Of a stretch of 64,000 bases of DNA, positions 24,846-32,348 are shown in pieces (position 1 is the first letter of the stretch; each line of letters opens with the position of its first letter). Below the pieces are notes generated by a model, which saw only the letters and a program-made list of their open reading frames with translations, did no database searches and had not been told where the DNA came from. The DNA is from Candidatus Hermodarchaeota archaeon (GTDB taxonomy: Archaea; Asgardarchaeota; Hermodarchaeia; Hermodarchaeales; Hermodarchaeaceae): NCBI GenBank assembly GCA_016839805.1, contig JAEOTO010000032.1:202564-266563 (forward strand), written 5' to 3'. The position numbers and the translations under genes are program-made.

Positions 24846-25838
24846 TCACGTTTTCAGAAGTAATGCAGTTTTAGCAATTCCACTATTATAGGCCAACATT
24901 TCTTCCATTCGATCAAGAATTATCTGTGTAATGACTGAATCTTCCATAACATCAACGATGGTTTCGGTTTGTCGCTTCCATTGTCGTAGGAGGGGAATTT
25001 CATCAAGTACTTGGCGAACAGTTTCTTGGTTGCGTTGAAGAAAGGCGGAAATTGCCTTTTTAAAATTATCACAAACCTTTGCTAAAGCTGCAACAGCAAT
25101 TTTGGCTTGATCGTCCGGTGGTTGGCGACGGGTTAACGCCTCAGCAATATGCTGAGTATTCTCGTGAATGTTACTTAATTGAAGTACAAAATATGCAGTA
25201 TCAAAAACATCCGCGGTTTCTAATTTCAAGCCTGGCGGGCGAATGCTCATAGCTTTTCTTAATGCACGTTGAGCTCGAAGATAATTCCCGCGTTGGCGCC
25301 AACTGTCCTCGATTAATTCATTTGCCATCTGTTCCGTTAAATCGGGACCGGCTCGTAACCCAGAGATGAGTTTTTCAATTAATTCAATTGTGGTTCGGCT
25401 ACTCATCTTAACAAATTCCATGATGTCGTGTCCGCGAATGGCACTTACTCCTTTGATAACGATTCTCCTGTCGGTGGTTTCTAATATTTCGTATCCAGGA
25501 AGCTGATTTACAATCTTATTCAAAATCTTTCGAACGGGTTCGTTCAATCGGCGGCTACTCTCGATAGTTAGTTGATCATAGCCTACGATGTAATATGTTT
25601 CTAGAATTGTTGTAAGCGTGGTTTCGTCCTGTTCTAGGAGACGGATTGTGGCCATTTTTTCAGAAGGTGTTTCAGAAATTTGTAAGGGAGTGATTCGTAG
25701 AGATCCTTCAGTTGCTTCTTGAATGCGAAGTTGTGAGTCAGGTTCAATGGCATATTTCTTAATCCAGCGACGAGGTAAGCTCACTACCAGGGTTTTACTT
25801 CTCCCCCATTGGATAGCTTTTCGGGTTTCATCGATCAT
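24846..25838 (-). CDS. AbrB/SpoVT-domain plus PhoU-domain protein, copy 2, located between atpA and atpB
   Basis: 330 aa. N-terminus SKTLVVSLPRRWIKKYAIEPDSQLRI (AbrB-like) plus PhoU-like helical repeats. Same architecture as 5048-6016. Same strand as the atp genes. Confidence 0.75.
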   Translation of the reverse strand: MIDETRKAIQWGRSKTLVVSLPRRWIKKYAIEPDSQLRIQEATEGSLRITPLQISETPSEKMATIRLLEQDETTLTTILETYYIVGYDQLTIESSRRLNEPVRKILNKIVNQLPGYEILETTDRRIVIKGVSAIRGHDIMEFVKMSSRTTIELIEKLISGLRAGPDLTEQMANELIEDSWRQRGNYLRAQRALRKAMSIRPPGLKLETADVFDTAYFVLQLSNIHENTQHIAEALTRRQPPDDQAKIAVAALAKVCDNFKKAISAFLQRNQETVRQVLDEIPLLRQWKRQTETIVDVMEDSVITQIILDRMEEMLAYNSGIAKTALLLKT

Positions 25839-25906
25839 TGGAATACGCCTTTTCCCTGACGGGGAGGCTAGTTATCAAGTATATTGACCTGATATTGATT
25901 ATGTAA

Positions 25907-28900
25907 CTAATTCGCTTCAATGGAAATAAATTCGTTGTTAATCTCACTTTCGAGGTCTTGGAAGTATTTCAGCATTACATCAAGATTCTCATGAGGTTGA
26001 ACTTTCATACGTGCAATTTTTCCTACTACGGGGAGTGCTATAATCCGACGGAGTGCAGTTCCCTCATCAATTGCTTGCCGCATACGGTTCCAGAATTCCA
26101 TGATAATCTTTAGCATCCAATAGCTTTTGGTCTCAGGGCAATAGGTATCAATGGGATGGAGTGCTGATTGCATTAGGTAGTCTTCCTTAACCATACGTGC
26201 TGCCTCTAAAATCGCACGTTCACGTTCAGGTAAAGCATCTGGACCGACTAGTTGGACGATTTCACGGAGTTCTTTGTCATGTTGAAGAATTGATAGCGCT
26301 TCTTCAGTAATTTCGGGCCAATCATTTCCCATCTTGCCTTGGTACCATGTTGCTAATTCGTCTTTGTATAATGAATAGCTTTGTAGATAGTTAATAGCTG
26401 GGAAGAATCGCCTTGAAGCCATATCCTTATCAAGTGCCCAAAAGACCTTCGTTATCCTTAATGTTGACTGAGTAACTGGTTCAGAAAAGTCGCCACCTGC
26501 TGGTGAGACGGCTCCTGTGACTGTTACACTCCCTATTCGCGTTTCTGAGCCAAGTGTTTCCACACGGCCTGCGCGTTCATAGAATTCAGCTAATCGGCTT
26601 CCAAGATACGCTGGGTATCCCTCTTCACCTGGCATTTCCTCTAATCGACCAGAGATTTCACGTAGTGCTTCAGCCCAGCGGGACGTGCTATCCGCCATCA
26701 GAGCAACGTCATATCCTTGGTCTCTGAAATACTCTGCTATGGTAATTCCAGTGTATATTGAAGCTTCTCTAGCCGCAACTGGCATATTACTTGTATTAGC
26801 AACAAGAATTGTTCTTTCCATTAGCGATTTTCCACTTTTGGGGTCCTTAAGCTTAGGAAAGTCCTCAAGGACTTCTGTCATTTCATTTCCTCTCTCTCCA
26901 CAGCCAACATAGACAATGATATCAGCATCAGCCCATTTCGCTAATTGATGAAGAGTTACAGTATTATGAAGTGTAACGGGTAGAACACCACCAACGAAAT
27001 TATGAGTTTTTTCCACCGTGATGTCATAAACTGGAACGTTTGTTTCAGTAATTTCTATTTTCTTAATTCGGTCAAAGTAGACTTGCTCGAGGATGTTCAA
27101 AATACTTTGTAGTTGTTCTCTTGTTTCTTGAGAGACTTGGGTATTGTTCGCATCTATTATCTCAAAGATAAGTCGTAATGTGTCGTTAGATGGTGTTTCG
27201 TCTAATCTTGTATAATTATCTAAGCGTAAACCACTCATTTTTCTGAAAACATCGTGACCTTGAGGAGTTTTTCCTTCTGTTTTGAGAGAAAGTAATAGTT
27301 GTTGGTTAACAGGAACGACATCTAAGCCAACGAAGTGTGTAATTTCTTGTGATGCATATTCATATAACCGTTGAATTTTGATGTAGGGATATACTCCATT
27401 ATCCTGCATGCATTTTGAAATACGTTCGGCAAATTTCCCATCAATTTCAATTACATACGAGTCATTCTTCTGTCTAGCCCGGTAAATCAGTCCAAGTCGT
27501 GTTAAGAGGTACCCTAAATCGCTATGAAGTTGATGGCTTGCCGTACTTAGTTGAAGGGAATATTTCGAGAAATGTCCATCACCAGCAATATATCCAGTAA
27601 GAAAGTGAATGAAGTAATCTTCTGGTGCAATTCGAATACATGAAGGAACACGAACGGTGTGGGATTTATCATCTCTTGGAAGATCAAGGGAGATTAGGAA
27701 TTTCTTGAGGCTGGTATTTCGAAGATAGGCATATGGAGTTCTATCAGATGAATCTTGATCGATTTTTGGTTCTAGACCAAACACAATTAAGGATAATTCT
27801 TTGAAACGATACAAAATTTTTGGAGAAGAATTGTATAAGTAAATCCCTTGATATTTTCCTTTGAAATGTCCATCAGCCACAAATAATCCAAGCCATTCTG
27901 AAAGTTCCTTAGTAAGCTTGGTTGGAATGCGAAAGGGTTCTGACCCTCTTTCTGCTTTAACGAGAGCAACAGGTATTCGAGGTTTACCTACGAATTTCAC
28001 TAATTTATCAAGAAATCTGAGCGTGGGTTTATTTTTTCCACTCTTATAACCAATGAGGACATCATAAGAAACTTCTAATTTCTTTGACAGAACTTTTAGT
28101 GTCATCTGTTTTTGGAGACTCTGAATCAACTCTTGCATCATTTGAATAGCTTGTGGGTCGACTACACGCAAAGAGAGATCTATTTCATAAGAGTCAAATT
28201 GGGGGATTTGACCGGGTATGTTTAGTTTTCTTGGTACGACGAGGTGATCACCTACATTTAATTGCTGAGCTTCAACTTCTTCGATTATTTCACCATTAAA
28301 TCGGAAGAGCTTGTGAACTGGTGTAACCTCTACAGTTCGTCCAGAACGAGTAGTAATCTTCACAATCGCAGGAGTTGTTCCTCTGTATATGTGAGTTGCT
28401 TTAGCGGGAATGTATCTTGCTCCATCAAATGATAGGATTCGAAGAGGAGTTTTCAGACTAATAAGTGTCTCATCTTCTGAATCTTGTTCAATAAATTCCC
28501 CTTGTTGTAAGAATTTCTTGTATAAGACTTGAATTGGTGTGGTGTCGCCATTCGAAAGTAAAACAGGAGTATCACCTGTCACACATTTTCCGGTGCCAAA
28601 CCCTCCAGGAATGGCTCCAGTTCCACCTTTTGCAACTGGGAAGAAGGTATCAATGACACGTTGGCCTGTGTATAAGGGTACTTCGGTGCTAATTTTTGTT
28701 TTATAGGGTCGACCAATACGTACGGGCCATCGTTGGGTTAGTTTAATGTCACTTTTACCCGAAGGGGTTTGAATCTGTGCGATGACGTCCTTGATAGTGT
28801 AATCACCGCCATTGACTATCTGCGTTACTTTGCCCTCAATCCCAGGCGGTACAAGGATGCGGTGAAGAAATACGCTCGTTTCTTGTACCGTTCCTATTAC

Positions 28901-29305
28901 ATCACCAGCCGCGACTGTTGCACCCTTTGTGACAATGGGCTTAAATGTCCATGGTTTATCCTCTGGGAGCGGTGGTGCAGTAACTCCTCGTGTAATGAAG
29001 TCTCCGATCTGGTTTTTGATACTGGGGAGTGGTCGTTGAATTCCATCAAAAATAGAGCCAACTAAGCCTGGACCAAGTTCAACGTCAAGAGAAGTTCCAG
29101 TAGCAACAACCGGTTCTCCCGGTTTTAATCCAGATGTTTCTTCATAAACTTGAATATAGGCTCGATCACCTACAACTCGATTGACTTCACCAATTAATTC
29201 CTCTGTCCCAACTTTACAGACCTCAAACATAGTAACTCCAAAAAGTCCATCAGCTTCGATGAGTGGACCCGCAATTCGTTGTATATTTCCTGTTCGTGTA
29301 GACAT
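25907..29305 (-). CDS. atpA: A/V-type ATP synthase catalytic subunit A, interrupted by an intein
   Basis: The ORF track starts at 29338; ATG at 29305 gives [16 protein letters not shown], typical of AtpA. The P-loop GGFGTGK is split from [10 protein letters not shown]...GERGNEM by 541 aa. The C-terminal half has [22 protein letters not shown]. Confidence 0.95.
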   Translation of the reverse strand: MSTRTGNIQRIAGPLIEADGLFGVTMFEVCKVGTEELIGEVNRVVGDRAYIQVYEETSGLKPGEPVVATGTSLDVELGPGLVGSIFDGIQRPLPSIKNQIGDFITRGVTAPPLPEDKPWTFKPIVTKGATVAAGDVIGTVQETSVFLHRILVPPGIEGKVTQIVNGGDYTIKDVIAQIQTPSGKSDIKLTQRWPVRIGRPYKTKISTEVPLYTGQRVIDTFFPVAKGGTGAIPGGFGTGKCVTGDTPVLLSNGDTTPIQVLYKKFLQQGEFIEQDSEDETLISLKTPLRILSFDGARYIPAKATHIYRGTTPAIVKITTRSGRTVEVTPVHKLFRFNGEIIEEVEAQQLNVGDHLVVPRKLNIPGQIPQFDSYEIDLSLRVVDPQAIQMMQELIQSLQKQMTLKVLSKKLEVSYDVLIGYKSGKNKPTLRFLDKLVKFVGKPRIPVALVKAERGSEPFRIPTKLTKELSEWLGLFVADGHFKGKYQGIYLYNSSPKILYRFKELSLIVFGLEPKIDQDSSDRTPYAYLRNTSLKKFLISLDLPRDDKSHTVRVPSCIRIAPEDYFIHFLTGYIAGDGHFSKYSLQLSTASHQLHSDLGYLLTRLGLIYRARQKNDSYVIEIDGKFAERISKCMQDNGVYPYIKIQRLYEYASQEITHFVGLDVVPVNQQLLLSLKTEGKTPQGHDVFRKMSGLRLDNYTRLDETPSNDTLRLIFEIIDANNTQVSQETREQLQSILNILEQVYFDRIKKIEITETNVPVYDITVEKTHNFVGGVLPVTLHNTVTLHQLAKWADADIIVYVGCGERGNEMTEVLEDFPKLKDPKSGKSLMERTILVANTSNMPVAAREASIYTGITIAEYFRDQGYDVALMADSTSRWAEALREISGRLEEMPGEEGYPAYLGSRLAEFYERAGRVETLGSETRIGSVTVTGAVSPAGGDFSEPVTQSTLRITKVFWALDKDMASRRFFPAINYLQSYSLYKDELATWYQGKMGNDWPEITEEALSILQHDKELREIVQLVGPDALPERERAILEAARMVKEDYLMQSALHPIDTYCPETKSYWMLKIIMEFWNRMRQAIDEGTALRRIIALPVVGKIARMKVQPHENLDVMLKYFQDLESEINNEFISIEAN
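26963..28585 (-). mobile_element. Intein in AtpA P-loop with LAGLIDADG homing-endonuclease domain
   Basis: Begins [10 protein letters not shown] (Cys1, residue 252 of the track ORF) and ends VTLHN. The +1 residue is Thr, which completes GKT. Block B is TPVHKL. LAGLIDADG-type motifs [10 protein letters not shown] and [11 protein letters not shown]. 541 aa by hand count. Confidence 0.9.
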
Positions 29306-29392
29306 AATCAACCGCCTTTTTTGAAACTCTGCTAACAAGTGTCACTATCAGCTATACTCAATTGACAAAAAGTTTATGGTAATTATCCAGTT

Positions 29393-29716
29393 TCAAAATC
29401 CTTCTAGTTCTACTCCAATTGCACGTTTGACTAGGCGTCGAAGTGGGCTTTCTTTCTTTGCAAGGCGACCACTTTTTTCAGGAATTTCCACAATTACTGG
29501 ATATGGACGCTGAGAAATCTCCTCAATATTCTCTCGGATATCTTCTGCCAACGGTTCAGTGATGATTATTATCGAAACATCAGAATCACGCGAAAAATCG
29601 AGTAAAGCTCTCCGAGTTGATGCAGGATCAGTTGGAATATCTGATTTGAGAATACCTGCTAACCTAAATCCCACAACAGTATCGATGTCACCAATTATGG
29701 CAATTTTATCAGTCAT
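29393..29716 (-). CDS. atpF: A/V-type ATP synthase subunit F
   Basis: The internal ATG at 29716 gives a 107-aa protein MTDKIAIIGDIDTVVGFRLAG..., typical of AtpF. The longer track ORF (to 29848) overlaps the upstream gene. Confidence 0.85.
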   Translation of the reverse strand: MTDKIAIIGDIDTVVGFRLAGILKSDIPTDPASTRRALLDFSRDSDVSIIIITEPLAEDIRENIEEISQRPYPVIVEIPEKSGRLAKKESPLRRLVKRAIGVELEGF

Positions 29717-30506
29717 TTTGATTCGTCTCTTTTTTTTCGTTGAGAGGAGATTTTTGCAGAGTGTGCAATCGACGTAACATCGCTTCAATTGATTCCATTC
29801 GAGATATCGCCAAGGGAACCCGTTCTCTGTTTGCGAGCTCGATTGCAAGATAATCGATTTGTTCTACACCATGTAATACAAAAAGACTTGGTTTTATTTC
29901 CCCCTTCACTGCAACTAGGGGCGATCTACCTGTTGATACATGGACAAGAATAAGAGCTCGGTCAGTCGTTGCTTCAAAAAGTTTGAGAAATCCAACGCTA
30001 GACAATACGTCAAGTGCTTTTGTAGTGTTTACCACCAAGTATCCGAGAATTTCTCGGTCGAGAAGCTCTTCACCAGCCACAACCTGACCCCGGATACATT
30101 CAATGAAATCTTGTACTTTTACACTTTGGCTGAACTCTCTAATATCAATAATAATGTTCGTGGGTATCTCAACTCCCATTAAACGTTGAAAGGCATTGAC
30201 TATTTGCCCTCCATTTTGTTCATCTAACATAATGATGGCTTCTACAAAGCGTTTAATGGTTTTAGCACCCGGCGATTGGCGACGCCCGCTCTCATAATCA
30301 CTGATAACCGAAGGAGACACACTTCGTTCTCGCCCCTCCGAATCTGTATAGACTAGTGACTCAGCCAATTGAATTTGTGGAATGTGAAACATTTCACGCC
30401 ATTTACGCATAACACGACCTGGGTTTTCCGATAATGAAATCTCGCCTGCAATACGTCGAGCAAGACGCTGTCTAATTTGTGCCGCCACAGGCATAGCTAC
30501 ACGCAC
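29709..30506 (-). CDS. XRE-type HTH domain protein with uncharacterised C-terminal domain, translationally coupled to atpF
   Basis: 265 aa. HTH region HIPQIQLAESL...VSPSVISDYESGRRQSPG. Its stop (29711-29709) overlaps the atpF start (29716-29714) by 8 nt. Confidence 0.7.
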   Translation of the reverse strand: MRVAMPVAAQIRQRLARRIAGEISLSENPGRVMRKWREMFHIPQIQLAESLVYTDSEGRERSVSPSVISDYESGRRQSPGAKTIKRFVEAIIMLDEQNGGQIVNAFQRLMGVEIPTNIIIDIREFSQSVKVQDFIECIRGQVVAGEELLDREILGYLVVNTTKALDVLSSVGFLKLFEATTDRALILVHVSTGRSPLVAVKGEIKPSLFVLHGVEQIDYLAIELANRERVPLAISRMESIEAMLRRLHTLQKSPLNEKKETNQND

Positions 30507-30612
30507 TCAACCATACTTTAAGTGCTTTACGCAATTTAACGAAATATACTAGATTTCTAACAAAATTGACGAATTTTTATGAGAAAAAAAACGCTTTCAG
30601 GTAGAGGAAAAA

Positions 30613-30813
30613 TGGTGGGCCGACGGGGATTTTCCCAAGATGGCAATTACCATCTAGCTTTGAACCCCGGATCTCACGGATTGTCGCTATGGGTTTGGAC
30701 TGACCGCATAGTCCCGAACCGCGAATCTTCGGCGGTTAGAAGGAACTGGTCCTTTCACTTATACCATGCTAGTCCGAAAAAGTGAATTTTTCGGTTATCT
30801 AGACCATCGACCC
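30613..30813 (-). tRNA. 201-nt multi-intron tRNA gene, probably tRNA-Arg(TCT); CCA encoded
   Basis: Acceptor GGGTCGA / TCGGCCC-A-CCA pairs 7/7 (one G-U). T arm CGGGG-TTCAAA[29 nt]T-CCCCG. The best fold has D stem GTCT/GGAC and anticodon arm AGTTC-CTTCTAA-[21 nt]-GGACT. About 124 nt of intervening sequence lies at four or more sites. The anticodon call is tentative. Confidence 0.65.
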
Positions 30814-30841
30814 ATTGCTGCAGTCTACCGTCAAATACTGA

Positions 30842-31681
30842 TTAAAATTTTTCTTCCTTGGTTTTTCTCCTCGATTGAAGGTCTTCGAGTCTTCCCAATG
30901 GCGTGTGATCAAGCAGAAAGATTTCCGAATTATTCATTGAAAGGTGTCGAAACAAGGGGATTCCCAGATGATTTTCTGTTACCTCACTATTAAGGACGTG
31001 ACCTCTAAGCAGATCAAGGAAAGCTGGTAAAATTAGTACCCTCATATTAAGCAACTGATCAACGTTTGCCCTCCTTGAGTCAATAGTTGCTTTTCCCAAC
31101 CATTTTTTCATTGCATCAATTATAGTTGGTTTCCATTTTGCCTTAACCCAAACCCGGTGAGTAGTAATCCGGTTTTTTAGAGATGAAATGGCAATAACTG
31201 GATGAATATGGGCCATTAGAAGACTACTACAATCGAGGATGTCTTGTGTGGGTTGGGCATGACCGTGAATAAGAAATACTTGCTGGGAATCAAAGCTGAG
31301 TTTGAAACCGGAGGCTGGGATAATCTGGGTGTCATCGGGAACGACCAATTCTATGTCGGCATCATGATTTCCCCGCACAATGGTTAATGATGCCTTTTGT
31401 TTAATTTGGTTTAACAATACAGCAACCTTATGGAACTCTTGCGGTGAAAAATCACGAATTGAGTGTTTTAAATCGCCTAAAATAATCACTTCACTAGGCT
31501 TGACATTGGCAACCAATTGTTCAAAACGTTGAATAATCCGTTCTGCAAGGTTTATTGAATATTGATCTTTCTTAAAGAGAGTGCGCTCGTAACCGATGTG
31601 TAAATCTGCGACGACAAGGATACGACGCGATTTTTCTTGAAGTAATAGTGCGGGTTCGTTTTTTATTAGTTTCAAATGCAT
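30842..31681 (-). CDS. Calcineurin-like metallophosphoesterase (MPE/PdeM-like)
   Basis: ATG at 31681 (MHLKLIK...) gives 279 aa; the track ORF extends to 31792. Motifs VADLHIGYE, GDLKH, GNHD, HGH, HIH. Confidence 0.8.
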   Translation of the reverse strand: MHLKLIKNEPALLLQEKSRRILVVADLHIGYERTLFKKDQYSINLAERIIQRFEQLVANVKPSEVIILGDLKHSIRDFSPQEFHKVAVLLNQIKQKASLTIVRGNHDADIELVVPDDTQIIPASGFKLSFDSQQVFLIHGHAQPTQDILDCSSLLMAHIHPVIAISSLKNRITTHRVWVKAKWKPTIIDAMKKWLGKATIDSRRANVDQLLNMRVLILPAFLDLLRGHVLNSEVTENHLGIPLFRHLSMNNSEIFLLDHTPLGRLEDLQSRRKTKEEKF

Positions 31682-31744
31682 AATATCTCTAAAGTATTCA
31701 CTTGATAGGTATTTTTTTCTTTGTGATATGAAACAGGTGTAGCA

Positions 31745-32179
31745 ATGAAAGACGAAATCAACGTTGTGATTCAAACAATTCGAAAAAAACAAGGCATTTC
31801 AGGCTCAGAACTTGTTGTACTTGCACAGTTTTTTGGAGATCGGTTTTGGAAGGCTCTTCAGGCCGTAGTTAATGATTTAGTGAAAAAATACACCTTTGAA
31901 CCAAGCGGAAGAGATGCATGGATTGTCGTTGGTAAGGCACGGGACTACCGCGTTTTATCTGAGGTTTATTGTGATTGCGACGATTTTTACATCAACGTAA
32001 TTGTGAAACGCAGCGCTGATCTTTGTTACCATATTCTAGCAAAAATCCTCGCCGAGGCCCTTGGGGTGTTTTCTGAAATTTGTGTGGATGATATGATGTA
32101 TGATACGCTCCGCGATGAATGGGAGGCAATTCCTGAACCTCAATCAACTAGAAAAGGCAAGAAGCGGAGCATTGAGTAA
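31745..32179 (+). CDS. SWIM zinc-finger protein
   Basis: 144 aa. Canonical CxCx(n)CxH: CDCDDFYINVIVKRSADLCYH. Divergent from the MPE gene with a 63-bp spacer. Confidence 0.7.
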   Translation: MKDEINVVIQTIRKKQGISGSELVVLAQFFGDRFWKALQAVVNDLVKKYTFEPSGRDAWIVVGKARDYRVLSEVYCDCDDFYINVIVKRSADLCYHILAKILAEALGVFSEICVDDMMYDTLRDEWEAIPEPQSTRKGKKRSIE

Positions 32180-32348
32180 AAGTTTTAAACCTGCTAAGGG
32201 ATTTGGCAGAACGGTTCTCCCCATGAATCTAATATACCAGATTTACTATCTTGTGGCTCTCGGATTAGCAATTATTAGTGGATTTCTTATCTTAGCGTAT
32301 CATCTCCTTAGTGGTCGCGAGGAACGATAATTCAGTGATATCATTCTT

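Noticed and set aside
30579-30993. ORFs at 30579-30785 and 30766-30993
   Set aside because: The first runs antisense through the 201-nt tRNA. The second is antisense to the MPE gene 3' end.
32100-32330. 76-aa ORF overlapping the SWIM gene 3' end, with a possible single-TM peptide from MNLIYQIYYLVALGLAIISGFLILAY
   Set aside because: It might be a real small membrane protein starting near 32223, but there is no supporting evidence beyond hydrophobicity, so I did not report it as a feature.
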